DNA of 62,267 nt, filler included. It is 5 parts of 5 records of this genome, joined end to end, with 100 filler letters (N's around TTAATTAATTAA, not from the genome) between each part and the next. Parts side by side here need not be neighbours in the genome. Positions count along the whole stretch, not along the records: positions 46,383 to 62,267 come from SRR31156797_810; 4 more parts are not named here. One strand, given 5' to 3'. This document shows positions 47,744-58,164 of the stretch, piece after piece (the stretch's first letter is position 1; every line of letters starts with the position of its first letter). A model generated the notes under the pieces. It was not told the origin of the DNA. It worked only from the letters and a program-made list of their open reading frames with translations, and did no database searches. A program made the position numbers and the translations under genes.

Positions 47744-48073
47744 TCACAATTGGGCGTTTCGGGTTTCCGCCGGCAACCTGACGATCAATCCATCAAGCTC
47801 GGCCGTCAATCGGACCTGACAGCCCAGCCGCGAGGTCGGCGTCAGCCCGATCGCGAAATCGAGCATGTCCTCTTCCTCGTCGGAAGCCGCCGGCAAGCGG
47901 TCGTACCAGGCGGCGTCGACGATGATGTGGCAGGTCGAACACGCCATGCAGCCGTCGCACGAACCTTCGATATCGATATCGTTGTCGTGGGCGATTTCCA
48001 GGATCGACAGCCCTTCGGGCGCGTCGACCTCGGTCTTCGTACCGTCGGCGAAAATGAAGGTCATTCTTGGCAT
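47744..48073 (-). CDS. fdx: 2Fe-2S ferredoxin (ISC/adrenodoxin type)
   Basis: EGSCDGCMACSTCH, EEDMLD and SRLGCQ. Confidence 0.93.
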   Translation of the reverse strand: MPRMTFIFADGTKTEVDAPEGLSILEIAHDNDIDIEGSCDGCMACSTCHIIVDAAWYDRLPAASDEEEDMLDFAIGLTPTSRLGCQVRLTAELDGLIVRLPAETRNAQL

Positions 48074-48120
48074 CGATATGGGTTACGCGAACCGCGGGCT
48101 TGCCGTCAAGATCGGCGGGA

Positions 48121-49320
48121 TCAGCCGGACCGGCGCTGGGTCTCGACAACCTCGACGATGCGCCCGACCGCATAGTCGATTTCTTCCGTTGTCGTCGACC
48201 GCCCGAACCCGAAGCGGATGCTGTTGTGGGCCATTTCCTCGGCGACACCGATGGCGCCCAGAACGTAGGACGGCTCCAGCGCCGCCGACGTGCAGGCCGA
48301 CCCCGACGACAGAGCCAGGTCCGGCAAAGCCGCCATCAGGCCCTCGCCTTCGACATCGGCAAAGCTGAGATTGAGGTTGCCGGGCAGGCGCCGCTCGGCA
48401 TGGCCGTTGACGTGAACGCCAGACAGACGCGACAGGATGCCGTCGCGAAAACGGTCGCGAAGGGCCGTCAACCGGGCCGATTCCGCATCCATCTCGTCCC
48501 GCGAGATCTCGCAGGCCAGGCCCAATCCGACGCAAAGCGGCGTCGGCAGCGTCCCCGAACGCATGCCGCGTTCCTGTCCGCCGCCGCTGAAAAGCGGCGA
48601 TATCCGCACGCGCGGTCGGCGGCGCACGTAAAGCGCGCCGATCCCCATCGGGGCATAGATCTTGTGGCCGGAAACGCTGAGAAGATCGATGTTCATGGAC
48701 CCGACGTCGATCGGCACCTTGCCGACGGCCTGGGCCGCATCGGTATGGAAGAAAACGTCGCGTTCGCGGCAAATCCGGCCGATTTCGGCGATCGGCTGCA
48801 GAACGCCGATTTCGTTGTTGGCGGCCATGACCGAAACGGCGAGCGTGCGCTCGGTGATAGCGCGTTCGACCGCTGCCGGGTCCAGAATGCCGTCGGCATC
48901 GACCGGCAGCCAGGTGACGTCGTAGCCTTCGCGTTCAAGATCGGCGCAGGTTTCCAGCACGCATTTATGTTCGGTCACGCAGGTGATGATGTGGTTCCTG
49001 CGATTGCCGTGAAACCGGGTGATGCCCTTCAGCGCCAGATTGTTCGATTCGGTGGCGCCCGACGTGAATACGATCTCGCGCGGATCGGCACCGATCAGCG
49101 CCGCGATTTGGGCACGGGCTCGATCGACCGCTTCCTCGGCCCGCCAGCCATAGGCATGACTGACCGAATGCGGATTGCCGAAGGTTTCCGAAAAATAGGG
49201 AAGCATCGCGTCGACGACGCGCGGGTCCGTCGGCGTCGTCGCCTGATAATCGAGATAGACCGGATTGTCGGCGCTGGCCGGCTGGCATTCCTGATCGTTT
49301 GTCTTCGGGCAATGATTCAT
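48121..49320 (-). CDS. iscS: Cysteine desulfurase IscS
   Basis: [26 protein letters not shown] and SSGSACTS. Confidence 0.93.
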   Translation of the reverse strand: MNHCPKTNDQECQPASADNPVYLDYQATTPTDPRVVDAMLPYFSETFGNPHSVSHAYGWRAEEAVDRARAQIAALIGADPREIVFTSGATESNNLALKGITRFHGNRRNHIITCVTEHKCVLETCADLEREGYDVTWLPVDADGILDPAAVERAITERTLAVSVMAANNEIGVLQPIAEIGRICRERDVFFHTDAAQAVGKVPIDVGSMNIDLLSVSGHKIYAPMGIGALYVRRRPRVRISPLFSGGGQERGMRSGTLPTPLCVGLGLACEISRDEMDAESARLTALRDRFRDGILSRLSGVHVNGHAERRLPGNLNLSFADVEGEGLMAALPDLALSSGSACTSAALEPSYVLGAIGVAEEMAHNSIRFGFGRSTTTEEIDYAVGRIVEVVETQRRSG

Positions 49321-49335
49321 ATCGGGTATCGCCTC

Positions 49336-50460
49336 TCAAACCGCCGGTTCGGCAGCATTTTTCGATCCGGCCCGCGCCCGGATTTTGCCCCACGCCGCGA
49401 TGAACCGCGCGACGTCGCCCTCATCGCTGTTCCATCCAAAGCTAATGCGAATGGCGCCGTTTGCAACCTCGCCGGCGTCCATCGCGACCAGCACGTGGCT
49501 GGCCCGAACCTTTCCCGACGAACAGGCCGACCCGGCACTGATGGCAATCCCTTCAAGATCCAACGCCGGCACCAGAACCTCGCTCGGCATTGCCGGAACC
49601 GCCAGGCAACTGGTATTCGGCAAACGGTCGGCTTTTTCCCCGAAGATGGCCAGGGCCGGTTCGATCCGCCGCAATTCAGCCTCCAGCCGGTCGCGCATGG
49701 CGGCGGTTGCCGCCATATTGCCGCGGCCCTCGTTGATGGCCATGGCGGCGGCGCCGAAACCGGCGATCCCCGGCAGATTTTCGGTGCCGGGCCGATGCCT
49801 TCGTTCCTGTCCGCCGCCGCGTTGACGCGGCTCAATCTTGGTACCGGGCGCCAGAACAAGGGCGCCGACGCCCTGCGGGCCGCCGATCTTGTGGGCCGAA
49901 ACCGACAGCATGTCGACGCCCAGCGCCGCCATATCGACCGGGATCTTGCCGGCCGCCTGGACCGCGTCGCAATGAACCAATGCCCCGAATTCCTTGGCGA
50001 TCCCGGCGATTTCGGCAACGGGCTGCAGCACCCCGGTTTCGTTGTTGGCAAGCATGACCGAAATCAGAAACGGACCGGTCCCGGCCGACAGAAGTGCCCT
50101 GAGCACGTCGAGCCTGACGACGCCGTCGGCATTCACCGGAATCCTGGCCGCATCGGCAAAGACATCGATGATCGAAGGATGCTCGACCGCCGACACCAGA
50201 ACCTTTCGTCCCGGATGCCCCATCAGGGCCAGATTGTTGGCCTCGGTGCCGCCGCTGGTGAAAACGATTTCGGCGGTACCGGCGCCGGTCAGCGCCGCCA
50301 CCGCGTCGCGTGCGTCTTCCAGAATTCGACGAGCCTTGCGGCCGAAGGCATGAACCGACGACGGATTGCCGACGGATGAAAGGGCGCCGGCAACCGCGTC
50401 AACCGCTTCCGGCCGAACGGCAGTTGTGGCGTTGTGGTCCAGATAGACCGGCACGGACAA
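49336..50460 (-). CDS. Second group-I cysteine desulfurase (NifS/IscS-like)
   Basis: YLDHNATT, GNPSSVH, SAHKIGGP, PGTEN and SAGSACSSG. Confidence 0.92.
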   Translation of the reverse strand: MSVPVYLDHNATTAVRPEAVDAVAGALSSVGNPSSVHAFGRKARRILEDARDAVAALTGAGTAEIVFTSGGTEANNLALMGHPGRKVLVSAVEHPSIIDVFADAARIPVNADGVVRLDVLRALLSAGTGPFLISVMLANNETGVLQPVAEIAGIAKEFGALVHCDAVQAAGKIPVDMAALGVDMLSVSAHKIGGPQGVGALVLAPGTKIEPRQRGGGQERRHRPGTENLPGIAGFGAAAMAINEGRGNMAATAAMRDRLEAELRRIEPALAIFGEKADRLPNTSCLAVPAMPSEVLVPALDLEGIAISAGSACSSGKVRASHVLVAMDAGEVANGAIRISFGWNSDEGDVARFIAAWGKIRARAGSKNAAEPAV

Positions 50461-50488
50461 TTCTTCCCCGATTGTTGTTTTTGGGCAC

Positions 50489-50959
50489 TCAGCCGATTGC
50501 GGCGGTGTTTCGCTGGGTATCCTGGAAAATCAGTCCGCTGGTACCGAGAACCCGTCGTTCGACGATATCCTCGACGGTAACCGAACTGAGATAAAGATAA
50601 ATCTGGTTGCCGAGCTCTTCCCACAGGTCGTGGGTCATGCAGCGGCTTTTGTTGAGATGGCAGCCGGACGGCGATCCGGGCGTACATCGCGTCGCCTTGA
50701 TCAGTTCGTCAACGGCCATGATAACGTCCGCAACCCGCGTTTCCGACGGGCTGCGCGACATAAGATAGCCGCCGCCGGGCCCGCGCACGCTGCGCACCAG
50801 GCCGCCCTTTCGCAGCTTTCCGAAAAGCTGCTCAAGATACGACAGCGATATCTCCTGACGTTCGGCGATATCGGCGAGCGCAACCGGCCTTCCCTGGCTG
50901 TTGTTTGCCAGGTCGACCATCGCCATTACCGCGTAGCGGCCTTTTGTGCTTAGCCTCAC
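50489..50959 (-). CDS. iscR: Rrf2-family Fe-S cluster regulator IscR
   Basis: MRLSTKGRYAV, SLSYLEQLF, RGPGGGY and three Cys followed by THDLW. Confidence 0.92.
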   Translation of the reverse strand: MRLSTKGRYAVMAMVDLANNSQGRPVALADIAERQEISLSYLEQLFGKLRKGGLVRSVRGPGGGYLMSRSPSETRVADVIMAVDELIKATRCTPGSPSGCHLNKSRCMTHDLWEELGNQIYLYLSSVTVEDIVERRVLGTSGLIFQDTQRNTAAIG

Positions 50960-50995
50960 CGCCTCGTCTCCTTCATCAAAATCGTCCCTTGGTGT

Positions 50996-51787
50996 TTAAG
51001 CCACATCTCGTTTTTTGGAGCGCGATCCGGTACCGCTTGTTTCCGGCGTTTCCGAACTGCTTTTTCTCCCGTCGGCGGTCTCGTCGTTTCCCTCGTAATG
51101 CTTCAATCTTGCTTCCAATTCCTCGACCCGGGCCGCCAATGTCGTCAATTGGCCGCGAACGCTGTCGATATTGCGAAGAACCGGATCGAACAGTTCGTCG
51201 ACCGGCGTGCCGTAGGCGACGAACTCCTTCTCCTTGGCCTTCTTCTTGTCTCGCGGCAGAATGACCCTGGCCGGTATGCCCGCCGCCGTCACGCCGCGGG
51301 GAATATCGCGCGTAACCACGGCGTTGGCACCGACGCGGGCGCCCTCTCCGATGACGATGGGTCCAAGCACCTGCGCCCCCGATCCGACGATCACGCCGTC
51401 TGCCAATGTCGGGTGCCGCTTCTGATCGACCTGGGAACGGGAATCGATGGCCGGCGAAGTTCCACCCAACGTCACACCCTGATAGATGGTGACGTCGTCG
51501 CCAATGATCGAGGTTTCTCCGATAACGACGGACGATCCATGGTCGATGACCAGTCTTTTTCCGATGGTGACCCCGGGATGGATCTCGATGGCCGTGAGGA
51601 TCCGGCCGAGATGGGAAATGAACCGGCTGGTCAGCCGCCAACCGCGACGCCACAACGCGTTTGCCACCCGATGCCAGACGATCGCCTGGAACCCGGGATA
51701 GCATAGAATCACCTCGATCCGCGATCGGGCCGCCGGATCGCGTTCCATATAGGCGTCTATATCGTCTCGAAGCCCCTTGAAAAACAT
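50996..51787 (-). CDS. cysE: Serine O-acetyltransferase
   Basis: RDPAAR, EIHPG, IDHG, QGVTLGG and KRHPT. Confidence 0.93.
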   Translation of the reverse strand: MFFKGLRDDIDAYMERDPAARSRIEVILCYPGFQAIVWHRVANALWRRGWRLTSRFISHLGRILTAIEIHPGVTIGKRLVIDHGSSVVIGETSIIGDDVTIYQGVTLGGTSPAIDSRSQVDQKRHPTLADGVIVGSGAQVLGPIVIGEGARVGANAVVTRDIPRGVTAAGIPARVILPRDKKKAKEKEFVAYGTPVDELFDPVLRNIDSVRGQLTTLAARVEELEARLKHYEGNDETADGRKSSSETPETSGTGSRSKKRDVA

Positions 51788-51890
51788 CGGCTCTTCTATA
51801 TCCTACGCCCGCATTCCGGCGGTTCGGTTACGACCAACCAAAGTCGTGGGGTAAAAGACATACACGAATTCCCCCACAAAACCACCGGAT

Positions 51891-51921
51891 ATATAGGAAA
51901 CCCGACAAATCCAATCAAGAT
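51891..51921 (-). promoter_or_regulatory. cysE-iscR promoter with overlapping IscR type-1-like site
   Basis: Minus strand TTGATT-17 nt-TATATA; CTTGATTGGATTTGTCGGG resembles the IscR YTGAC...GTCRR box. Confidence 0.55.
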
Positions 51922-52018
51922 TTGGCGGTCCCGTTTCCCCGGTATTCGGAGGAATTTCCGAGTGGCGGGATGGGAAATTCCGACGTACTTGCGGTTGTGA
52001 CAATTTCATCGAGTGAAG

Positions 52019-52666
52019 ATGCCTGAAATTACTTTGAACGGACCGGATGGCCGCCTTGAAGGGCGTTACCATCATGCGAAAACGCCGAATGCCCCGATTG
52101 CGTTGCTGCTGCATCCACATCCGCAGCACGGCGGGACCATGAACAACAAGCTGGTCTACGCCATGTACCAGGCCTTCGTGCAACGTGGTTTTTCGGCGTT
52201 GCGCTTCAATTTTCGGGGTGTCGGGCGGTCGCAGGCCGAATTCGATAACGGCCAGGGCGAACTCAGCGATGCCGCCGCCGCGCTCGATTGGGTGCAGGGT
52301 CACAATCCGAATGCGACGGCCTGCTGGATCGGCGGCTATTCCTTCGGGGCGTGGATCGGCATGCAACTGATGATGCGGCGCCCGGAGATCTCGGGCTTCA
52401 TTTCGATTTCACCGCCGGCCAGCATCAATGATTTTTCTTTTCTCGCCCCGTGCCCGTCGTCGGGCATCATCGTTCACGGCGACAAGGACGATATCATCCC
52501 GATCAGTTCGGTCGAGAAACTGGTCCAGAAACTGTCTTCGCAGAAGAACATCGTCATCGACTATCGGGTCATTAAAGGTGCCGACCACTTCTTCTCGGGT
52601 CACCTGGACACGCTCAATTCCCACGTATCCGATTACCTGGACAAATCGCTGACGCCCGTGGAATAG
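52019..52666 (+). CDS. Alpha/beta hydrolase (conserved, divergent from the isc operon)
   Basis: GPDGRLEGRY, HPHPQHGGTM, RFNFRGVG, GYSFG and ADHFF. Confidence 0.9.
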   Translation: MPEITLNGPDGRLEGRYHHAKTPNAPIALLLHPHPQHGGTMNNKLVYAMYQAFVQRGFSALRFNFRGVGRSQAEFDNGQGELSDAAAALDWVQGHNPNATACWIGGYSFGAWIGMQLMMRRPEISGFISISPPASINDFSFLAPCPSSGIIVHGDKDDIIPISSVEKLVQKLSSQKNIVIDYRVIKGADHFFSGHLDTLNSHVSDYLDKSLTPVE

Positions 52667-52740
52667 GGACGCCGGCTCGACCGCGTCATCGATCGCCCGG
52701 CGCACCATTTCCATCAACACCGGATTGTGGCGGCCGCATC
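52667..52740 (-). pseudogene. Probable relic of anmK (anhydro-MurNAc kinase)
   Basis: Minus frame reads CGRHNPVLMEMVRRAIDDAVEP, resembling the AnmK CGGGRHNPxLM motif, at the usual anmK position and strand. Confidence 0.5.
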
Positions 52741-53024
52741 GGCGTGCCGATCGGTCAATTCCGGCCGATTTTCCGGTTGGCTCTCGCGGTGATTGTCCGG
52801 CGCCGACGACTCGGGGCATGGGGCAGCCATGGCCAGCGGTCGACAAAGCCGGAAATCACTCTCCTTGGCCGCTTCGGAAGATAAATACAAACGGACGGTT
52901 TATATTAGGACTTTGTATTCAAAATTACCCTATTCATGGAATTTTTATTTCTGTTTTAAATCATTACAGAAATGCCCATAATTATTTCATTGATAAATTC
53001 TCCAATAATCGAGAAACGTCCAAA

Positions 53025-53345
53025 ATGACCTCACTAAAAAATGCCTTCGCCGTCGCTGCCACGGTTGCCGTGCTTGCGACCGCGGGCTTTGCCTATGCCG
53101 CCATTCCGGCAGCGAACAGCAACACCGGTGTCACCACGGACACTTCCATTGTTTTGGCCGCGGCGGAAACGGAAGACAAACGCGTAAAAAGTTCGTCCGA
53201 GTTTGATCGCCAATCGGCCATCCTCGCCCCCAAGGACGGGGACAATACCCGCCTGTACACGCTGGGCGGATTGGGTGCCGTCGTCGTCATTCTTTTCGGC
53301 CTGGTCATAGCCAACCGCAACAAATGGGCAAAACCCAAGGCCTGA
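53025..53345 (+). CDS. Small exported/membrane-anchored hypothetical protein (106 aa)
   Basis: Signal peptide ending AYA-A, C-terminal TM helix and basic tail; preceded by an AT-rich region. Confidence 0.65.
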   Translation: MTSLKNAFAVAATVAVLATAGFAYAAIPAANSNTGVTTDTSIVLAAAETEDKRVKSSSEFDRQSAILAPKDGDNTRLYTLGGLGAVVVILFGLVIANRNKWAKPKA

Positions 53346-53512
53346 TCGGCGGCCTGCCCACCCGGGCGTAGGTTTTTCCCATTCCCCCGGCGTTTCGATC
53401 CGGCAAGCGTCGCCGGTGGCGTTGTGTGCGTGCGCCTATTGTGTTAATTAGCCGCCCGCCGAATGCGCAGCCTCTGGCCCGCCCCCATCGCCAATCCGGA
53501 TCCGATCATGTC

Positions 53513-54766
53513 ATGACCAGTCTTCAATCAGAATTCGCCCGTTCCGTCGTTGAGCGCGGCTACCTTCACCAATGCACCGACCTGGACGCGCTGGATGCGC
53601 TTGCCGCCGAACGGTCGCTGCGCGCCTATATCGGGTTCGATTGCACGGCGCCCAGCCTGCACGCCGGCAGCCTGGTTTCGATCATGCTGCTGCGCCGCCT
53701 GCAACAGGCCGGCCACAAGCCGATCGTTCTCATGGGCGGCGGCACGACCAAGGTCGGCGATCCGTCCGGAAAAGACGAATCCCGCCAGTTGCTGACGGAC
53801 GAAAAAATCGCCGAAAACATGGCCGGCATCAAATCGGTATTCGCCAAGTTCCTGACTTTCGGCGACGGCGCTACCGACGCCATCATGGTCAACAATGCCG
53901 ACTGGCTGGACGACATCCAGTACATTCCGTTCCTGCGCGACTACGGGCGTCATTTCTCGGTCAACCGGATGCTGACCTTCGACAGCGTCAAGATGCGGCT
54001 GGAGCGGGAACACCCGCTGACCTTCCTCGAATTCAACTACATGATCCTGCAGGCCTACGACTTCCTGGAACTGGCGCGGCGTCATGCCTGCGATCTGCAG
54101 ATGGGCGGCTCCGATCAGTGGGGCAACATCGTCAACGGAGTCGAACTGGGGCGCCGGGTCGGCGGCAAAACCCTTTTCGGCCTGACGACGCCGCTTCTGC
54201 AGACGGCATCCGGCGTCAAGATGGGGAAATCGGCGGCCGGCGCCGTATGGCTGAACGAGGAAATGCTGCCGGCCTACGACTACTGGCAGTTCTGGCGCAA
54301 CACCGAGGACGCCGACGTCGGCAAGTTCCTGCGCCTGTTCACGGAACTTCCTCTGGACGAGATTTCCCGCCTTGAATCCCTGCAAGGGGCCGAGCTCAAC
54401 GACGCCAAGAAGATCCTGGCCAACGCGGCGACCGAAATGTGCCATGGCAAAGCCGCCGCCGAGGCAGCGTCCGAAACGGCGCGCCGCACCTTCGAAGAAG
54501 GCAACCTCGGCGATCAACTGCCGGTGACCGAGGTACCGACGGCGGAACTCGAAGCCGGCGTCGCCGCTTTCGAACTGCTGCGCCGGGCCGGCCTGGCCGC
54601 CAGCAACGGCGAAGCCCGGCGTCTGATCAAGGGTGGCGGCGGCCGTTTGAACGATCGGCCGATCGGCAACGAAACCCAGACGGTCGGCCTGTCGGACGTG
54701 AATGCGGACGGCGTCATCAAATTGTCGGCCGGCAAGAAACGGCACGCCGTCGTCCGCCCGGCCTGA
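53513..54766 (+). CDS. tyrS: Tyrosine--tRNA ligase
   Basis: [36 protein letters not shown] and an S4 domain. Confidence 0.96.
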   Translation: MTSLQSEFARSVVERGYLHQCTDLDALDALAAERSLRAYIGFDCTAPSLHAGSLVSIMLLRRLQQAGHKPIVLMGGGTTKVGDPSGKDESRQLLTDEKIAENMAGIKSVFAKFLTFGDGATDAIMVNNADWLDDIQYIPFLRDYGRHFSVNRMLTFDSVKMRLEREHPLTFLEFNYMILQAYDFLELARRHACDLQMGGSDQWGNIVNGVELGRRVGGKTLFGLTTPLLQTASGVKMGKSAAGAVWLNEEMLPAYDYWQFWRNTEDADVGKFLRLFTELPLDEISRLESLQGAELNDAKKILANAATEMCHGKAAAEAASETARRTFEEGNLGDQLPVTEVPTAELEAGVAAFELLRRAGLAASNGEARRLIKGGGGRLNDRPIGNETQTVGLSDVNADGVIKLSAGKKRHAVVRPA

Positions 54767-54838
54767 ACGGCGCCTGCCGCCGTCGCCCGGCAAAACAGCA
54801 TCGGGTCAGTTGGCGGAACCGGCCCCGGTCGGTTCGTC

Positions 54839-57800
54839 CTATTCGTCGGGAACCGGTTTCCCGCCGTCGAGAAAACCGAACAGCTTGCGCATAAATCCCG
54901 GCGCCAGGACGCTCAGCGGATTCACCTTGATTTCCGGCGATTCGCTTGGGCCGGATATCGTGTAGGTGGCGGCAAAAACACCGCCGCCCTTTTCCCCGCC
55001 CGAGAACAGCGTGCCGAGGACGGGAATATTCCCGAGCGCCGCATTGATGGCATAGGCCGGAACCACCGTTCCTTCGATGTTGACGATCTCGGCCGCCGAA
55101 TAGATGCTGCCCGATGCGGTGAACCCCAGGGATGCGCCGTTGACCCGCGCATCCTTGATGGTGGTTATGCCCTCGTGCCGGACAAACGGCACCTCCATCT
55201 CGGCGAAGCTAAGCCCCTGGCCCTGCAGCGCGTCGAGGATTCCGGTCAAGGCCATGATGCTCAGCAGATGCGCCAGGTTGGGTGCATTCACCACGTGGAA
55301 GTCGGTCACATTCAAACGGCCGCGAAGGGGGCTGCCGTCGACATGATCGTCGAAGATACCGGATATCTCCAGCTTTCCGCCGACCATGTTGTCGTAGTAT
55401 TCGAAGGTTCGGAGGGTTTCGCCGGCGTCCTCGCCGCGAATGGTCAGCTTCCGGTTTCCGTCGCCCGCCGGTTCCACAACCACTTCGAGACCAAGATTGT
55501 TTCCAACCCGGCCGTCAATCCTGACCGCCCTGAACTTGCCTTCCTGCCGGGCCAGCGTGCCCTTGACGCTGGCGACGGATTTCTCGGCACTGATCCAGAC
55601 GCGGTCGAGATCGATGGCGAAACTGACATCCGTCGCGGCATCGTCACCGGTGTCGTTGTCGAAGGAAAACAGGTCTCCGAAGATCGGCGAAAAGTCGAAA
55701 CTCGGTCCGTGAATCGATACCGTCCATCCGCCGTCGGCCCCGGGGATAAGGGCGCCGCGCACATCGGTCCGGCCGAATGCCATCTGCGACAAATCGATGC
55801 GCGCGAGCTTGCCGGTTCCCGGCTCCAGCGAGACCGAGCCGAGAACCTCGAGATCGGCGGCGGCAATCGAGAAGGAGGAAACCTCGGTGATTTTCTGGCC
55901 GTCCAGTCCGATCCGGATTTGGGCAATTCCGGGAATCCCCGGTCCCTTCGACCAACCGAAAAGCGGCAGGGCAAGTACGGCATCGGCCAAATCCAGCGAC
56001 GCATCCATGGTCGCCGACCCGTCGCGCATCACCTGCCATTGTATTTCGGCACCGATCGGACCCTGGATATTGTCCGTCGAAAACGGTGCGAAGGTTAGGC
56101 CCAGTTCTTCGGCTCGCTGTTTGTCGTCGACGGTGCCGCGCAGGGTATAGGAGCTCAGCACCGGCGCCCGTTCGTCGAAGGATTCCCGCCATTCCAGGTT
56201 GCCGGCTATCGACCCGAGATTGACATCGCCGCTGACGACCATACCGGAATTGTCGGCCCTCAGCGCCAGATCGCCGTTCGAGATATCGCGCCCGAGGATC
56301 ACCCCCGGTACGGTCACGTCGGTCATCCGCGCCGCCGCCGCCACCTCGACCATATCGAAGGTCAGATCGTCCAACAGGGGAAACCTGAGGTTAAGACGGG
56401 TGTTCGAGTTGCCGCGCGAGGTCTGCGGATCGATATCGATCGCGCGGGCCAACCGCAGGGGTTCGTGATCGATCAGGCGCAGAACCCGGTCCATGTCGCC
56501 GTGCAGGGTCAGGTCGACCTCGAGGATCTGGTCCTCCTTGTCGAGATCGAGGAACGACAACAGCCCGCCGCTGGCCTGCAGCCCGAAGACCCCGCCGCGC
56601 TGGATCGATATGTCGAAGCGTTTCTCGTCGAAGGCGGCTATGCCGTCGACACGTTCCGCCTTCGGCATCGGCGAAAGATAGTCGACCGTAAACCCTTCCA
56701 GCCGCATGTCACCGAACAGTTTGGCGATTTCGAAGGTCTTTCCGTCCTTCGACGTCGCCTCGAACTCGGCACGGGCTTCCCGGATGAAACCGGCCGACAG
56801 GTTTTTCGTCACCCAGATATGGGCGTCCTCTCCCCACATCGCCGGCCAGTATTTGCCGACATCGTCCGCCGGCACGTCGCGCAGCACCCCCTCGGCGACG
56901 ATGCGCCCGCCGCCGCCGTCCGAGGCCAATTCGACGTAGGCCAGGATGGTCGGCCCGCCAAGGTCGGCCTCGACCGACACCAGCTCGATGCGGGTCCGGG
57001 AAATCGATACCTTTCCGCGCGTTTCGACACGGCGCAAGGGAAGGCGATGGCCGTTGGTGGCCGGCAGCACCAGTTCGCCGTCCCGGCCCAGGTCGATCAG
57101 CAACTTGTCGAACTGAACCTCGTCGATTCCGCCGAAAAACCGCCCGGTCGCGTCGACTCCGGCAATGCGTACGGTCTGCGACAGCGGCTCCGGAAGATCG
57201 ACCCGGCCGGCGCCGCCGCGAAGGTCGAAGTCGATGGCCTCGATCGAACCGTCCAGCATCATGCTGACCAGCAGCGTACCCTGCAGCGGCAAGCCCAGGG
57301 CATTCAGGTGTTCCAGTTTCGGCGACAGCCGCGAAAAGGCGGCCGGTACGATGTCGGAAAATTCGACGCCGAAATCCAGCCGCCCGGTGGCGCGCTGATA
57401 ACCGCCCAGGAGGGTCAGGTGCGCCAGGCGTTTCTGAATCTCCAGGTTCAACGAGATTTCGGCATCGATACCGGTTTCGTGGCGGCCCAGTTTGACCTCG
57501 GTATTCGGCGCATGCCAAGAGGTCTCGAGACGCTGGTCGATGATGAACAGGTCGGCCTCGCGAACGGTGATGCGGGAAAGATAACCCATGGTGCCTGATT
57601 CGTCCGGCGCCTGGGCAAATTGCGCCAGCATCGCCGTCGCCACCTCTTCCGAACCCTGTTCCAGGGTTCCGAAACCGACCCCCAACGATCCGTCGGCGTG
57701 CCGCACGACCTGAAGCGACGGCCGGTACATTTCGATCGACCGGGGCGCAACGGTGCCGCGCAGCAGGGCCTGGGCGCTCAGCGACAGCGACAGTTCGGGC

Positions 57801-58081
57801 ACCACCGCGACGGCGGCGCCACCGGCATCGGAAATGCGAACGTTGAGCACGCGGACGTCAAGCGTGCGTTCCCAGCCGGCCCAGGTCAGGATGGTATCGT
57901 CAAATCCGATGCTGAACGAACCGTCCTCGGCATTCAGGGCTTTTTCGATATAGGGCGACAGAAAGGCGAGCGAAATCGGGCCCGTCGACAGCCACCAGGC
58001 GCCGAGCATGACGGCGATCGCCAGCCCGGCGCCAAGCGCGCCGAGCAACTGAATGACACCGCGAAACGTGCGCGCGATCAA
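54839..58081 (-). CDS. YhdP/AsmA-like (DUF3971 + AsmA_2) envelope bridge protein
   Basis: N-terminal TM with GPISL and C-terminal GTVVPAY..N...IPVLG..VNPLS.LAPG; likely TTG start at 58081 after GGAGGG. Confidence 0.85.
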   Translation of the reverse strand: MIARTFRGVIQLLGALGAGLAIAVMLGAWWLSTGPISLAFLSPYIEKALNAEDGSFSIGFDDTILTWAGWERTLDVRVLNVRISDAGGAAVAVVPELSLSLSAQALLRGTVAPRSIEMYRPSLQVVRHADGSLGVGFGTLEQGSEEVATAMLAQFAQAPDESGTMGYLSRITVREADLFIIDQRLETSWHAPNTEVKLGRHETGIDAEISLNLEIQKRLAHLTLLGGYQRATGRLDFGVEFSDIVPAAFSRLSPKLEHLNALGLPLQGTLLVSMMLDGSIEAIDFDLRGGAGRVDLPEPLSQTVRIAGVDATGRFFGGIDEVQFDKLLIDLGRDGELVLPATNGHRLPLRRVETRGKVSISRTRIELVSVEADLGGPTILAYVELASDGGGGRIVAEGVLRDVPADDVGKYWPAMWGEDAHIWVTKNLSAGFIREARAEFEATSKDGKTFEIAKLFGDMRLEGFTVDYLSPMPKAERVDGIAAFDEKRFDISIQRGGVFGLQASGGLLSFLDLDKEDQILEVDLTLHGDMDRVLRLIDHEPLRLARAIDIDPQTSRGNSNTRLNLRFPLLDDLTFDMVEVAAAARMTDVTVPGVILGRDISNGDLALRADNSGMVVSGDVNLGSIAGNLEWRESFDERAPVLSSYTLRGTVDDKQRAEELGLTFAPFSTDNIQGPIGAEIQWQVMRDGSATMDASLDLADAVLALPLFGWSKGPGIPGIAQIRIGLDGQKITEVSSFSIAAADLEVLGSVSLEPGTGKLARIDLSQMAFGRTDVRGALIPGADGGWTVSIHGPSFDFSPIFGDLFSFDNDTGDDAATDVSFAIDLDRVWISAEKSVASVKGTLARQEGKFRAVRIDGRVGNNLGLEVVVEPAGDGNRKLTIRGEDAGETLRTFEYYDNMVGGKLEISGIFDDHVDGSPLRGRLNVTDFHVVNAPNLAHLLSIMALTGILDALQGQGLSFAEMEVPFVRHEGITTIKDARVNGASLGFTASGSIYSAAEIVNIEGTVVPAYAINAALGNIPVLGTLFSGGEKGGGVFAATYTISGPSESPEIKVNPLSVLAPGFMRKLFGFLDGGKPVPDE

Positions 58082-58164
58082 AAGGTCAATCCCTCCTGTG
58101 TCCCCAAAACTTGACCCGTGTTGCGACTTCACTCAGTGTGGCCGAAAAAGGGACCTTTCTGGAT

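Noticed and set aside
48067-50379. 770-aa plus-strand ORF and similar long antisense ORFs (e.g. 53528-54793, 19744-21201)
   Set aside because: These are shadow ORFs opposite well-supported genes, expected from high-GC codon bias, and carry no motifs.
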